A stretch of 37,119 bases of DNA from Verrucomicrobiota bacterium (GTDB lineage: Bacteria; Verrucomicrobiota; Verrucomicrobiia; Chthoniobacterales; Chthoniobacteraceae): NCBI GenBank assembly GCA_041191265.1, contig JBEEPE010000220.1:1-37119 (forward strand). Direction: 5' to 3'. The notes under the pieces were generated by a model. It searched no databases, was not told the origin of the DNA, and saw only the letters and a program-made list of their open reading frames with translations. Both the position numbers and the translations under genes were made by a program. Shown in pieces: positions 24,195 to 34,637 of the stretch. Position 1 is the first letter of the stretch. The number at the start of each line of letters is the position of its first letter.

Positions 24195-26339
24195 GTGTCT
24201 ACAAACCCAAATCACACGGATCGCAAGTATCCGTTAGAGAAGACCCGAAACATCGGGATTGCTGCGCACATTGACGCGGGCAAAACGACGCTCACAGAGC
24301 GCATTCTTTTCTACACAGGAATGATCCATAAGATGGGAGAAGTGCACGAAGGCACGACGGTGACCGACTGGATGGAGCAGGAACGTGAGCGTGGAATCAC
24401 AATCACATCCGCGGCGACAACGTGCTACTGGCAGCAATCCGTTCAGGAGAGCATCGTAAAGCTGTACCCTGGGCAGAAAATGCGGGTGAACATCATTGAC
24501 ACCCCGGGCCATGTCGATTTCACAGCGGAGGTTGAGCGTTCCTTGCGGGTATTGGACGGGGCCATCGCGGTTTTCGACGCTGTTGCGGGAGTGCAACCGC
24601 AGTCTGAGACGGTCTGGCGTCAAGCAACAAAGTACAATGTTCCGCGGATAGCGTTCATCAACAAGATGGACCGAGTCGGCGCAGATTTTAATAACGCAAT
24701 CGACACGATGCGTCAGAAACTGGGCGCAAACGCGTGGCCAGTTTTAATCCCGATTGGCAAAGAAGACACCCTTAAAGGCCAAATCGACGTAGTGAACCAG
24801 AAAGCGGTCATTTATTCAGATAATGACCAAATGGGTTCCACGTATGAGGTGGAGGAAATCCCAGAGGAGTTGAAGCCGATTGCCAAACAAGCTCTCTCGG
24901 ATTTGATTGAGCAGATCGCGAACCTTGACGACGAGCTCGGCACGCTATTTCTCGAGGAGAAACCGATTTCGCCTGAGTTACTTAAGGCTGCGATTCGTCG
25001 TCAAACGATGGCGATTAAGTTTTTCCCGGTCATTGGGGGCTCAGCGTTTAAGAACAAAGGGGTTCAGTATCTGGTTGATGCGGTGATTGATTACCTGCCA
25101 AGCCCGATTGATATACCAGCTACACAGGGACAGGATCCGGATACCGCAGCACCCATCGAGGCTCCGACTTCAGATCATGGCGACTTTTGCTCTTTAGCTT
25201 TCAAGCTGTGGGCGGATCCCTTTGTCGGAAAGCTTGTTTTCTTCCGAGTTTACTCAGGAAAACTCTCAAAAGGTGACACGGTGTATAACCCGCGAACAAA
25301 CAAGCGGGAGCGCGTCAGCCGGATTATTCAGATTAATGCGGACAAGCGGGAGGATATTGAGACCTGCTATTCTGGTGACATCGCAGCGATTGTTGGAATC
25401 AAGAATATCACTACGGGCGACACTCTCTGCACGGAAGACCGTCCAATCCTTTTGGAACCGCCATCGTTCCCTGATCCGGTCATCTCGATGGCTATCGAGC
25501 CAAAGACCAAGCAAGATCAGGAGAAGATGGCCAACGCTCTGCAGCGTTTGGCTGAAGAAGACCCCACATTCCGAGTTTTCACTAACGAGGACACCGGTCA
25601 GACTATCATTGCCGGAATGGGTGAACTTCATTTGGAAATCATCAGAGATCGTTTATTCCGAGAGTTCAAGGTCGACGCGAATGCTGGAAAGCCTCAAATC
25701 GCGTATCGGGAAACAATCACGGCTTCTTCAACGGGTGAGGGCAAGCTGATCAAGCAGTCGGGTGGCCGCGGTCAGTACGGTCACGTCATTGTCACTGTTC
25801 AGCCGAACGAGAGAGGGAAGGGATTGACGATCGAGAACAAAGTCGTGGGTGGGACGATTCCAAAAGACTACATTCCAGCAGTAAAGAAGGGTCTAGAGGA
25901 AGCCGTCTTGAATGGAGTTGTGGGTGGTTTCCCCGTGATTGACGTTCATGTCGATATCATCGACGGATCCTACCACGATGTGGATTCTAACGAACTAGCG
26001 TTTAAGATGGCCGCCATTTTTGCACTCAAGGATGGCATGAAGAAGGCGAAGCCGATTTTGTTAGAGCCGATCATGAAGGTTGAGAACTCGACTCCAGAGG
26101 AGTACCAAGGGGACATCATGGGTGACCTCAATCGGCGGAGAGGCAGGATTAGTTCGATTGAAAACAAGGGAGGACTTTCCGTGGTGACAGCCGAGGTTCC
26201 TCTTGCTGAAATGTTTGGTTACGCGACTGCGATTCGTTCTCTGTCGAAGGGTAGATCTTCGTACTCCATGACACCATCTCACTTCGAGCAGGTTCCGGAA
26301 CAAGTGAAGGCAGCTGTACTTGACCAGAAAGGTAATTAG
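24195..26339 (+). CDS. fusA: Elongation factor G
   Basis: GTG start. Motifs: [35 protein letters not shown]. 714 aa. Confidence 0.97.
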   Translation: MSTNPNHTDRKYPLEKTRNIGIAAHIDAGKTTLTERILFYTGMIHKMGEVHEGTTVTDWMEQERERGITITSAATTCYWQQSVQESIVKLYPGQKMRVNIIDTPGHVDFTAEVERSLRVLDGAIAVFDAVAGVQPQSETVWRQATKYNVPRIAFINKMDRVGADFNNAIDTMRQKLGANAWPVLIPIGKEDTLKGQIDVVNQKAVIYSDNDQMGSTYEVEEIPEELKPIAKQALSDLIEQIANLDDELGTLFLEEKPISPELLKAAIRRQTMAIKFFPVIGGSAFKNKGVQYLVDAVIDYLPSPIDIPATQGQDPDTAAPIEAPTSDHGDFCSLAFKLWADPFVGKLVFFRVYSGKLSKGDTVYNPRTNKRERVSRIIQINADKREDIETCYSGDIAAIVGIKNITTGDTLCTEDRPILLEPPSFPDPVISMAIEPKTKQDQEKMANALQRLAEEDPTFRVFTNEDTGQTIIAGMGELHLEIIRDRLFREFKVDANAGKPQIAYRETITASSTGEGKLIKQSGGRGQYGHVIVTVQPNERGKGLTIENKVVGGTIPKDYIPAVKKGLEEAVLNGVVGGFPVIDVHVDIIDGSYHDVDSNELAFKMAAIFALKDGMKKAKPILLEPIMKVENSTPEEYQGDIMGDLNRRRGRISSIENKGGLSVVTAEVPLAEMFGYATAIRSLSKGRSSYSMTPSHFEQVPEQVKAAVLDQKGN

Positions 26340-26342
26340 TTT

Positions 26343-26651
26343 ATGAATGGTTCTGAAATACGAATTCGTCTGAAAGCATTTGACTCGAGAACGCTTGATG
26401 TCAGTGCCGGTGAGATTGTTGAAACGGCCAAGCGGACGGGCGCGCAGGTTTTTGGTCCAATCCCGCTTCCTGTCAGGACAGAAAGGTTCACTGTCAATCG
26501 CTCTCCTCACGTCGACAAGAAATCGATGGATCAGTACGAAATCCGGACGCACAAGCGCTTACTGTACATCAAGGAGCCGACCGCTAAAACGATTGAGGAA
26601 TTGAAAAAGTTAAACCTACCAGCTGGGGTTGATATCGCAATCAAGATTTGA
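26343..26651 (+). CDS. rpsJ: 30S ribosomal protein S10
   Basis: [14 protein letters not shown]...[24 protein letters not shown]. The start is 3 nt after the fusA stop. Confidence 0.97.
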   Translation: MNGSEIRIRLKAFDSRTLDVSAGEIVETAKRTGAQVFGPIPLPVRTERFTVNRSPHVDKKSMDQYEIRTHKRLLYIKEPTAKTIEELKKLNLPAGVDIAIKI

Positions 26652-26670
26652 CCATTTTTAGTTTAATACA

Positions 26671-27300
26671 ATGAAAGTTGGACTTCTAGGTAAAAAGCTC
26701 GGGATGACCCGAGTGTATGATGAAAAGGGCAAGTCGACTCCAGTGACTGTTGTTCTTGCGGATGGAAATGTTTTGCTGCAGCGTAAGTCTCTTGAAACCG
26801 ACGGTTACAACGCCGTCAAAGTGGGTTTTGACGACCAAAAGCCGCAGAGACTCTCTAAGGCGGAGTTGGGCCAGTTTGCAAAGGCGGGTGTAGGTCCCAA
26901 GCGGCTTCAAAAAGAGTTCCGTGTCCAAGACTGCTCTTCCGAAGTGGTGTTGGGTGTCGAGCAGTTCTCCGTCGGAGACGTCGTGGATGTAATCGGCCGG
27001 TCAAAAGGTAAAGGATTCCAAGGGATTGTGCGGAAGCACCATGCGGCGGGGCAACCCCAATCGCATGGTTCGATGATGCACCGGCGCCCAGGTGCTATCG
27101 GCATGCGTTCTACACCGGGACGTATCTGGAAGAATCAGTCAATGCCAGGCCACATGGGTGACAAACGGGTCACTGTTCAAAACTTGGTTGTAGTACAAGT
27201 GCGCGTTGACGAGGGAGTCATTTTAGTCAGTGGTGCTGTCCCAGGCGCGAATGGTTCCTACGTTGTCGTTCGCCCAGCCAAAAAAGGTTTAGTTGCCTAG
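26671..27300 (+). CDS. rplC: 50S ribosomal protein L3
   Basis: MKVGLLGKKLGMTRVYDEKG...GKGFQGIVRKHH. Confidence 0.97.
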   Translation: MKVGLLGKKLGMTRVYDEKGKSTPVTVVLADGNVLLQRKSLETDGYNAVKVGFDDQKPQRLSKAELGQFAKAGVGPKRLQKEFRVQDCSSEVVLGVEQFSVGDVVDVIGRSKGKGFQGIVRKHHAAGQPQSHGSMMHRRPGAIGMRSTPGRIWKNQSMPGHMGDKRVTVQNLVVVQVRVDEGVILVSGAVPGANGSYVVVRPAKKGLVA

Positions 27301-27307
27301 TAAGTGT

Positions 27308-27916
27308 ATGGATGGAGTTTATCTAACAGTTGAAAAAGCAAAGGCTTTGGGTTTGGACGTTGTCACCGACGGCAGATACACCCAAGTTTTGCATGACGTC
27401 GTGGTTGCATACCAGGCTGCGAGGCGCAGCGGTAGCGCGAATACCAAAACCAAGGCGGAAGTGAACCTGTCAGGGGCAAAGCCTTGGCGTCAGAAGGGCA
27501 CCGGACGCGCTCGTGCTGGGTACAAGTCGTCCCCAGTGTGGGTTGGTGGCGGTGTGGTTTTTGGTCCAAAACCTCGGGATTACAGCAAGTCTGTGACGAA
27601 GGCAGAAAAAAGGTTGGCACTGCGCAAGGCGGTTTCGCTCAAAGTGATTTCTTCGCAGGTTCTTTCTCTGTCATCAATAGACGCCGAAACACCGAAAACC
27701 AAGGCGTTCTTGGCTAAGTTGCCTGCGGATGTTTCGGGACAGTCTGTGCTCGTTGTTTCTTCAGGGTTCAGTGATAATACTTATCTCGCAGCCCGAAATG
27801 TTCAGTGTATCAGCCTGAAGTCGGCAGCTGAGGTGAATGCAGAGGATATCATGCGTAGCAAGTTGATCATTCTGTCCGAGAGTGGAATGTCCGAGTTGCT
27901 CAAGCGTACAAACTAA
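27308..27916 (+). CDS. rplD: 50S ribosomal protein L4
   Basis: KPWRQKGTGRARAGYKSSPVWVGGGVVFGPKPRDY. ATG 27308 is preferred over the in-frame TTG at 27293, which overlaps rplC. Confidence 0.93.
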   Translation: MDGVYLTVEKAKALGLDVVTDGRYTQVLHDVVVAYQAARRSGSANTKTKAEVNLSGAKPWRQKGTGRARAGYKSSPVWVGGGVVFGPKPRDYSKSVTKAEKRLALRKAVSLKVISSQVLSLSSIDAETPKTKAFLAKLPADVSGQSVLVVSSGFSDNTYLAARNVQCISLKSAAEVNAEDIMRSKLIILSESGMSELLKRTN

Positions 27917-27917
27917 C

Positions 27918-28202
27918 ATGAAGAGCTCCGCGAGTATCATTAAAACAGTCAGGTTGACCGAGAAGTCAGCCTTAGGTTCCGAATCTGCAGGCAAGTACGT
28001 GTTTGAGGTGGCAGTTGGCTCAAACAAAACAGAAATTAAGCGTGCTGTAGAGTCGTTCTTCCAGAAAAAGGTGGTTAAAGTAAATACGCTTAATCAGGGT
28101 GGCAAGCAACGGCGTTCGAGAACGGCATCTGCCGGTAGGACGAATGACTGGAAAAAAGCTGTTGTCACGTTGGCTGAGGGACAGACAATCGAATTAGCGT
28201 GA
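27918..28202 (+). CDS. rplW: 50S ribosomal protein L23
   Basis: [10 protein letters not shown]...YVFEV...[22 protein letters not shown]. The ATG is 1 nt after the rplD stop. Confidence 0.95.
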   Translation: MKSSASIIKTVRLTEKSALGSESAGKYVFEVAVGSNKTEIKRAVESFFQKKVVKVNTLNQGGKQRRSRTASAGRTNDWKKAVVTLAEGQTIELA

Positions 28203-28203
28203 T

Positions 28204-29037
28204 ATGGCTATTAAAACTTTCAGGCCTCTTACCCCAACCTCTCGTTTTAAGGCGCTTCCGGCGTTTGACGAGGTTACGAAGACTAAGCCCGAGCGGTCGC
28301 TGGTGGTGACGCGCAAGAAGACGGGCGGTAGAAATAACGCTGGCCGTTTGACTTGCCGCCACATTGGTGGCGGTCACAAACAGAAGGTCCGCTTGATTGA
28401 TTTTCGCCGGAGAGGACAGTCAGAGGCGGTGGTTTCGGCTATCGAGTATGATCCCATTCGCACAGCAAGGATTGCGTTGCTTACGCATCGGGACGGCTCA
28501 AAGTCATACATCCTCGCTCCAGTGGGTCTTTTGGTTGGCGCGTCGGTTTCGTCTGGGGATGTCGCTCCAGACGTCGGCAATGCCCTTCCGCTCTCCAAGA
28601 TTCCCCTAGGAACCCAAATTCACAATGTTGAGTTGGTTCCGGGGAAAGGCGGGCAGATTGCGAGGGGAGCGGGGCAGGCGGCGATTCTCTCAAACCGAGA
28701 GTCTGGCTACGCTCTGGTAAAGTTGCCGTCCGGTGAAGTGAGGAAAATCCACGAAAGTTGCTTTGCGACAGTCGGTCAGGTCGGAAATGTGGATCACATG
28801 AACGTCTCTAGTGGTAAAGCGGGTCGATCCAGGTGGCAAGGGGTTAGGCCGACAGTCCGTGGGATGGTGATGAACCCAGTTGATCACCCAATGGGTGGAG
28901 GGCAGGGTAAGTCAAAAGGTGGAGGCGGCCGCCATCATCCGATGAGCCCTTGGGGGCAGTTGGCAAAAGGCTACAAAACGAGGAGGAAACATAATCCTTC
29001 AGACCGGTTCATTGTGGAGCGTAGAAAGCGTAAGTAG
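28204..29037 (+). CDS. rplB: 50S ribosomal protein L2
   Basis: [15 protein letters not shown]...[13 protein letters not shown]...[23 protein letters not shown]. Confidence 0.97.
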   Translation: MAIKTFRPLTPTSRFKALPAFDEVTKTKPERSLVVTRKKTGGRNNAGRLTCRHIGGGHKQKVRLIDFRRRGQSEAVVSAIEYDPIRTARIALLTHRDGSKSYILAPVGLLVGASVSSGDVAPDVGNALPLSKIPLGTQIHNVELVPGKGGQIARGAGQAAILSNRESGYALVKLPSGEVRKIHESCFATVGQVGNVDHMNVSSGKAGRSRWQGVRPTVRGMVMNPVDHPMGGGQGKSKGGGGRHHPMSPWGQLAKGYKTRRKHNPSDRFIVERRKRK

Positions 29038-29042
29038 TTATT

Positions 29043-29321
29043 ATGGGACGTTCGTTAAAAAAAGGACCGTTTGTTGAGCAGCATCTTCTCGATAAAATCG
29101 ATAAGATGGTTGACTCTGGTGTGAAAAAGCCGATTAAGACTTGGTCTCGTCGGTCAACTATAATCCCGGATTTCGTTGGGCACACATTCTTGGTTCACAA
29201 CGGGAAAATGTTCAACTCAGTGTTCGTGACGGAGAATATGGTGGGTCACAAGCTGGGTGAGTTTTCTCCAACCCGGATATTTAAGAAACATGGTTCTCAC
29301 ACCGCTAAGGTGTCGAAATAG
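29043..29321 (+). CDS. rpsS: 30S ribosomal protein S19
   Basis: [16 protein letters not shown]...[23 protein letters not shown]. Confidence 0.97.
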   Translation: MGRSLKKGPFVEQHLLDKIDKMVDSGVKKPIKTWSRRSTIIPDFVGHTFLVHNGKMFNSVFVTENMVGHKLGEFSPTRIFKKHGSHTAKVSK

Positions 29322-29331
29322 GTTGATTCGT

Positions 29332-29676
29332 ATGAGGGCAAAAGCTATTTACAAGACAGCGAGAATCTCAGCGTTTAAGTGCCGCGAAGTGACCAGAGAG
29401 ATACAAGGTCAGAGCGTTGCTACTGCGTTTGACATTCTATCTTCTACCTCCCGGAAGGCGGCGCGGCTAGTGGAGAAGGTTCTTCGGAGCGCAGTGGCAA
29501 ACGCGGAGCACAACAGCTCGCTTCGGGCCGACGCACTAGTGGTTGAGCTTGCAGTGGTTGGCGAGGGGCCAACCATTAAGCGCTTCAGACCAAAGGCGCG
29601 AGGTAGTGCAGGTCCGATTTTAAAACGCACGAGCCACATATCTGTAGTGGTGGCCGATCTGAACAAAGGAGAGTAA
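29332..29676 (+). CDS. rplV: 50S ribosomal protein L22
   Basis: Trimmed to [26 protein letters not shown]...[25 protein letters not shown]. Confidence 0.95.
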   Translation: MRAKAIYKTARISAFKCREVTREIQGQSVATAFDILSSTSRKAARLVEKVLRSAVANAEHNSSLRADALVVELAVVGEGPTIKRFRPKARGSAGPILKRTSHISVVVADLNKGE

Positions 29677-29678
29677 GT

Positions 29679-30323
29679 ATGGGACAGAAAGTTAATCCTA
29701 TTAGTTATCGCCTTGCGGTCAATAAAGACTGGAGGTCGAAGTGGTTCGCGTCCGATCGTGATTTTCCTGAGTTTCTTCATGGGGATTTACGTGTAAGGCG
29801 TTACGTAAAAGACAAGCTGAAGCAGGCAGCGGTTTCCAAGATTGTTATTGAGAGGGCTTGGAACAGCCTTCGCGTTACCATACATACCGCTCGCCCGGGT
29901 GTGGTGATTGGTAGAAAAGGTTCTGCGATTGAGGAGATGACTGATGAAATCTCTCGGATGGTTGGCGGCAAATCAGTGAAAATCGACATCACTGAGATAA
30001 AGACGCCTGAGACGGACGCTCAACTCGTCGCCGAGAACGTAGCGCTCCAGATGGAGCGTCGTATCTCTTTCCGAAGGGCAATGAAAAAGAGCATCCAGAC
30101 CGCGATGGATCTCGGTGCGTTGGGAATCAAGATTCGCTGTGCCGGTCGTCTTGGTGGAGCGGAGATTTCAAGGGCTGAGTGGTATCGCGAAGGAAAGATT
30201 CCACTTCACACCCTTAGAACGCCCATTGATTACGGTTTCTCTGAAGCCGCGACCGTTTACGGCATCATTGGTGTCAAGGTCTGGGTTTGCAAGCCGATTG
30301 AACCTGTGTCACAATCTAAGTAA
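29679..30323 (+). CDS. rpsC: 30S ribosomal protein S3
   Basis: [24 protein letters not shown]...[31 protein letters not shown] Shine-Dalgarno upstream. Confidence 0.97.
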   Translation: MGQKVNPISYRLAVNKDWRSKWFASDRDFPEFLHGDLRVRRYVKDKLKQAAVSKIVIERAWNSLRVTIHTARPGVVIGRKGSAIEEMTDEISRMVGGKSVKIDITEIKTPETDAQLVAENVALQMERRISFRRAMKKSIQTAMDLGALGIKIRCAGRLGGAEISRAEWYREGKIPLHTLRTPIDYGFSEAATVYGIIGVKVWVCKPIEPVSQSK

Positions 30324-30331
30324 CGTTTTTT

Positions 30332-30745
30332 ATGCCATTAATGCCAAAACGGGTCAAGTATAGAAAGACCCAACGAGGTTCGAGAGCGGGCAAAGCCTCG
30401 CGCAACGTAAGCATCGATTTTGGTTCGTTTGCTTTGCAGACTCTTGAAAGGGCTTGGATTACGAACACTCAGATTGAAGCAGCTCGCGTCGCGTTGACGA
30501 GGAACATGAAACGCAAAGGGAAGTTGTGGATTCGGATGTTCCCCGATAAATCTGTGACTGCACGTCCGCCTGAGACTCGAATGGGAAAGGGTAAAGGTGC
30601 TCCGGAGTATTGGGTTGCTACGGTAAAACCTGGTAACGTTTTGTTTGAGCTTGATGGTATTCCCGAGTCCTTGGCTCGAGATTCTCTGAGACTCGCGGCA
30701 GACAAGCTGCCCGTGAGAACCAAATTCATCACACGAGGTTTGTAG
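30332..30745 (+). CDS. rplP: 50S ribosomal protein L16
   Basis: [22 protein letters not shown]...[14 protein letters not shown]. Confidence 0.97.
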   Translation: MPLMPKRVKYRKTQRGSRAGKASRNVSIDFGSFALQTLERAWITNTQIEAARVALTRNMKRKGKLWIRMFPDKSVTARPPETRMGKGKGAPEYWVATVKPGNVLFELDGIPESLARDSLRLAADKLPVRTKFITRGL

Positions 30746-30748
30746 GTT

Positions 30749-30931
30749 ATGTCTGTGTCATTTAAGGAAATGTCGGAGGCTGAACTCCGAAAGTTAGTTG
30801 AGACGCTCAAGGTTGAAGGGCTGCGCCTTCGAATTCAGAAAAAAACTGGTCAACTGTCCAACACCGCGACGATAGTGCGAAATCGGCGAGATGTGGCTCG
30901 GTGCTTGGTGGAGCTTGGTAGAAAAAAGTAG
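30749..30931 (+). CDS. rpmC: 50S ribosomal protein L29
   Basis: 60 aa. EMSEAELRKLVETLKVEGLRLRIQKKTGQLSNT..., in the conserved position between L16 and S17. Confidence 0.93.
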   Translation: MSVSFKEMSEAELRKLVETLKVEGLRLRIQKKTGQLSNTATIVRNRRDVARCLVELGRKK

Positions 30932-30933
30932 GT

Positions 30934-31185
30934 ATGGTTACAGGTTCAAATAAGAAAGAGCGGCTGGGAGAAGTGGTTTCCGCCAAAAGTGCGAAGACTA
31001 TTGTTGTCCAGACATCAACCCGCGTTCCTCACGCGAAGTTCGGAAAAATCGTCAAGGTGAATCGGAAGTTTCATGTGCACGATGAGGGTGGGAAGGCTCA
31101 AGCAGGCGATGTGGTTCGGATACGCGAATGCAGGCCGATGTCTGCACTCAAGCGTTGGGAGTTGGTGGAAATCGTTAAGCATTAG
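30934..31185 (+). CDS. rpsQ: 30S ribosomal protein S17
   Basis: [15 protein letters not shown]...[37 protein letters not shown]. Confidence 0.96.
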   Translation: MVTGSNKKERLGEVVSAKSAKTIVVQTSTRVPHAKFGKIVKVNRKFHVHDEGGKAQAGDVVRIRECRPMSALKRWELVEIVKH

Positions 31186-31190
31186 TAAAT

Positions 31191-31556
31191 ATGTTGCAAG
31201 TTCGTTCCAGGCTGGATGTCGCCGACAATACGGGTGCGAAGCAGGCGAAGATGATTGGAGTTATCGGTAAACCTACTTTAATTGCTTCTGTGGGTGATGT
31301 TATCACGGCCCACATCAGGGAAGCAAGTCCTGGTGGATCAGTGAAAAAAGGTGACGTGGTTAGAGCGGTGGTGGTGAGAACTCGCGACGCGATTCGTCGT
31401 GAAGATGGGGGATACCTTCGTTTTGACCGAAACGCGATTGTCATAATCGACAAAGATTCGAATCCTAAAGGAACGCGCATATTTGGCCCCGTGGCTCGCG
31501 AGTTGAGGGAAAAGAATTTCATGAAGATTGTTTCTTTGGCACCGGAGGTCCTCTAG
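31191..31556 (+). CDS. rplN: 50S ribosomal protein L14
   Basis: [17 protein letters not shown]...[11 protein letters not shown]...[12 protein letters not shown]. Confidence 0.97.
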   Translation: MLQVRSRLDVADNTGAKQAKMIGVIGKPTLIASVGDVITAHIREASPGGSVKKGDVVRAVVVRTRDAIRREDGGYLRFDRNAIVIIDKDSNPKGTRIFGPVARELREKNFMKIVSLAPEVL

Positions 31557-31557
31557 T

Positions 31558-31779
31558 ATGAGTAAGGGAATCAAGAAAAACGATATTGTGAAAGTTTTGG
31601 TTGGTGATTGCAAGGGGGCTCAGGGAAAAGTCTTGTCAGTCAATGTCGGGAAGGGGAGGGTCGTGGTCGAGGGTCTTAACAGAGGTTTCCGTCATGTGAA
31701 AGCGAGTCAGGGCTCTGGCGGTGGGCGGCTAGAAGTTGAAATGCCGTTAGATATTTCTAATGTTGCCAAGGTGAAATAG
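31558..31779 (+). CDS. rplX: 50S ribosomal protein L24 (short form, 73 aa)
   Basis: Trimmed to MSKGIKKNDIVKVLVGDCKGAQGKVLSV (KOW motif). The ATG is 1 nt after the rplN stop. Confidence 0.93.
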   Translation: MSKGIKKNDIVKVLVGDCKGAQGKVLSVNVGKGRVVVEGLNRGFRHVKASQGSGGGRLEVEMPLDISNVAKVK

Positions 31780-31780
31780 T

Positions 31781-32335
31781 ATGGAGTCTCTAGAGTCGTT
31801 CTATAAAAGTAAAGTGGTGCCTGCTCTTTCTGAGAAGAGAGGTTATGTGAATTGTCATCAGATTCCGAGGGTGTCCAAAGTGGTTGTGAATACTTGTATT
31901 GGAAGTCAGTCGGACACTAAGCAAGCGCTCGAGGACGCAAAGGCCGAGCTCACAACGATAACGGGGCAGAAGCCGGCTGAGACGCGCGCCAAAAAGAGTA
32001 TCGCAAATTTTAAACTGCGGATGGATCAAGCGATTGGGGCGCGTGTTACCTTGCGCGGCAAGAGGATGTACGAGTTTCTTGAGAGATTAATAAGAATGGC
32101 TTTGCCTCGGATTCGGGACTTCAGGGGTGTGAGCCCGAAGTCTTTCGACGGTAACGGCAACTACACTTTGGGCGTTGGCGATTTGGCCATTTTTCCAGAG
32201 ATAGAGCTTGATAAGATAAAGAGGAATATAGGCTTCGACGTAACAATCGTGACATCAGCGTCTACGGATGTAGAGGCGAAAGCTCTTTTAATGGAGCTAG
32301 GTATGCCGTTCTCTGATCGGAAGGTAAGTAAATAG
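31781..32335 (+). CDS. rplE: 50S ribosomal protein L5
   Basis: YKSKVVPALSEKRGYVNCHQIPRVSKVVVNTCIG...DFRGVSPKSFDGNGNYTLG. Confidence 0.97.
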   Translation: MESLESFYKSKVVPALSEKRGYVNCHQIPRVSKVVVNTCIGSQSDTKQALEDAKAELTTITGQKPAETRAKKSIANFKLRMDQAIGARVTLRGKRMYEFLERLIRMALPRIRDFRGVSPKSFDGNGNYTLGVGDLAIFPEIELDKIKRNIGFDVTIVTSASTDVEAKALLMELGMPFSDRKVSK

Positions 32336-32343
32336 TAACGCGT

Positions 32344-32742
32344 ATGAGTCAAATCTCAGATCCAATTGGTGACTTCCTGACACGGGTCAGAAACTCAACC
32401 CGGGCAGGCTCCGGGGAGTTCAGAGCACCTTACTCGAAGTTGAAAGAGCAGATCGCTAAGATTCTCTTGTCAGAGGGTTTCATTGACAGTTTTTCCGTAG
32501 AAGGTGTGGGTTCGTCGAAGCATTTGAGCGTGAGAAATAAGTTTGTAGGGAGGCGCTCCGTTGTTACCGATTTAAAGAGAGTGAGTCGTCCTGGTTTGCG
32601 GAAATACGTTGCTAGCGATGAGATTCCGAAGGTTTTAGGCGGCATTGGTGTGGCAATCCTTTCTACATCGAGCGGTGTTCTGAGTTCAAGAGAGGCGCGA
32701 CGACGGAACGTCGGTGGTGAGTTACTTGCTTTTGTTTGGTAG
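32344..32742 (+). CDS. rpsH: 30S ribosomal protein S8
   Basis: SDPIGDFLTRVRNSTRAG...GVAILSTSSGVLSSREARRRNVGGELLAFVW. Confidence 0.97.
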   Translation: MSQISDPIGDFLTRVRNSTRAGSGEFRAPYSKLKEQIAKILLSEGFIDSFSVEGVGSSKHLSVRNKFVGRRSVVTDLKRVSRPGLRKYVASDEIPKVLGGIGVAILSTSSGVLSSREARRRNVGGELLAFVW

Positions 32743-32747
32743 AAGTT

Positions 32748-33287
32748 ATGTCTAGAATTGGAAATAAGCCGATAGAGTTGCCCAAATCGGTTGTTGTGGT
32801 TGCGGGCGCGGACGGCAACCTGTCTGTCGCGGGTCCCCAAGGCAAACTCGAGTGGTGCCTGCCAAGTTGTGTGACTGCTTCAGTTGAGGGCTCGACTCTT
32901 TCTGTTGTTCGGAAGGATGACTCGCGAGAGTCGAGAGCGAAGCACGGTTTGAGCCGCGCTTTGTTGGCGAATATGGTTAAGGGTGTGGAAACTGGTTTTG
33001 TTAAGACACTCGAAATCCAAGGCGTGGGGTTCAAGGCACAGTTGCAGGGCGATGTCTTAAATCTCGCCCTCGGCTTTTCTCATCCGATACTGTTCAAAGT
33101 CCCAGATGGCGTGAAGGTCACTGTTTCCGATAACACGAAAGTGAAGGTTGAAGGTATTGACAGGCAAAAGGTGGGACAGGCCGCTGCTGATATTCGGTCG
33201 TTCTACCCGCCTGAACCGTACAAAGGCAAAGGAATCAGGTATACGGGTGAGGTGGTCAAGAGGAAGGAAGGAAAGACAGTACAGTAG
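32748..33287 (+). CDS. rplF: 50S ribosomal protein L6
   Basis: Trimmed to MSRIGNKPIELPKSVVV...EIQGVGFKAQ...PPEPYKGKGIRY. Confidence 0.96.
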   Translation: MSRIGNKPIELPKSVVVVAGADGNLSVAGPQGKLEWCLPSCVTASVEGSTLSVVRKDDSRESRAKHGLSRALLANMVKGVETGFVKTLEIQGVGFKAQLQGDVLNLALGFSHPILFKVPDGVKVTVSDNTKVKVEGIDRQKVGQAAADIRSFYPPEPYKGKGIRYTGEVVKRKEGKTVQ

Positions 33288-33288
33288 T

Positions 33289-33648
33289 ATGTTAAAAAAA
33301 TCAAAACTTAGCCCGGTTAAGCTTCGTCATATCCGGTTGCGGAAAAAAGTGAAAGGCTCTTCGGAGCGTCCTCGTCTTTGCGTGCATTTCTCTTCCAAAA
33401 ATGTGTACGCTCAAATAATAGACGATTCTCGCGGAGTCACCTTGGCGAGTGTCAGCACTACCGAGGCGGATTTGTGCAGCGGGGCGAAAGCAAATGTTGT
33501 CACGGCCCAACGTGTGGGAAGGTTGCTAGCTGAGCGGGCAGTCTCCTGTAACGTGGTTTCAGTTGTGTTCGATCGTGGCGGGTGGCAGTTCCATGGTAAA
33601 GTGAAAGCCTTAGCTGATGCGGCTAGGGATGGGGGCCTCAAGTTTTAG
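33289..33648 (+). CDS. rplR: 50S ribosomal protein L18
   Basis: Trimmed to [46 protein letters not shown]...[26 protein letters not shown]. Confidence 0.96.
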   Translation: MLKKSKLSPVKLRHIRLRKKVKGSSERPRLCVHFSSKNVYAQIIDDSRGVTLASVSTTEADLCSGAKANVVTAQRVGRLLAERAVSCNVVSVVFDRGGWQFHGKVKALADAARDGGLKF

Positions 33649-33653
33649 TTCAT

Positions 33654-34172
33654 ATGGCTTTTGAAAATCGAAAAGGTCCGCGCCGTCGGCAGCAGGATAA
33701 ACCGAAAGAGGAAAGCAACCTCCTAGAGAAGGTAGTCTTTATCAATCGGTGTGCCAAGGTGGTGAAGGGCGGGCGTAGGTTCTCTTTCAGTGCTCTCATC
33801 GTTGTTGGTGACAAGGCTGGTAGCGTTGGGTTTGGCTTCGGGAAGGCCAACGAGGTAAGCGAAGCTATCCGGAAATCTGGCGAGAATGCCAAGAAGCAGT
33901 TAAGTCCCGTCACGCTTAAGGGAAATACCATCCCGCATGAGGTTTTTGGTGAGTTCGGGGGCGGGCGGGTTTTGTTGAAACCAGCCAGCCCAGGTACGGG
34001 TCTGATTGCTGGCGGGGGGGTGCGCGCGGTACTTGAGGCGGCGGGCGTAAAGGATGTGCTTGCAAAGTCGCTGGGGAGTAGCAATCACGCCAACGTGGTA
34101 AGGGCTACTTTGGATGCTCTTTCGCAACTCAGGTCACGGGAGGATCGTTTGAAGGACAGAGGTCTCAGTTAA
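33654..34172 (+). CDS. rpsE: 30S ribosomal protein S5
   Basis: [39 protein letters not shown]...[22 protein letters not shown]. Confidence 0.97.
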   Translation: MAFENRKGPRRRQQDKPKEESNLLEKVVFINRCAKVVKGGRRFSFSALIVVGDKAGSVGFGFGKANEVSEAIRKSGENAKKQLSPVTLKGNTIPHEVFGEFGGGRVLLKPASPGTGLIAGGGVRAVLEAAGVKDVLAKSLGSSNHANVVRATLDALSQLRSREDRLKDRGLS

Positions 34173-34183
34173 CGTTTTGAGCG

Positions 34184-34618
34184 ATGAATCTAAGTAACTT
34201 AAAGCCGCGTCCGGGCTCTAAACACAGGACAAAGCGTTTGGGGTGTGGCGAGAGCAGTGGTCATGGGAAGACGTCTGGCAAAGGGCACAAAGGCCAAAAG
34301 GCGAGGTCTGGTGGTTCAATCAGATTGGGTTTCGAGGGCGGTCAGATGCCTCTCATGAGGAGGATTCCGAAGCGTGGTTTCAATCAAACGATGTTCAGGT
34401 CGGAGTGGAGCCTAGTCGGTTTGGGAGACTTGAAGGCGGTTGGCGCTAAAGAAGTGAATCCAAAATCTTTAGCGGCAGCGGGATTGATTCGTGATGAGCG
34501 TGGGTTGGTGAAGATTCTGAGCAACGGTGTTGTTTCTGGGGCATATTCGGTAACCGGCTGCTCTGTAAGTGCTAGCGCTAAGGCGTCGATACTTGCTGCT
34601 GGCGGTTCCGTGGAGTAG
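34184..34618 (+). CDS. rplO: 50S ribosomal protein L15
   Basis: [44 protein letters not shown]...[17 protein letters not shown]. Confidence 0.97.
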   Translation: MNLSNLKPRPGSKHRTKRLGCGESSGHGKTSGKGHKGQKARSGGSIRLGFEGGQMPLMRRIPKRGFNQTMFRSEWSLVGLGDLKAVGAKEVNPKSLAAAGLIRDERGLVKILSNGVVSGAYSVTGCSVSASAKASILAAGGSVE

Positions 34619-34637
34619 TAGGTGTTGAAAGGGGCAA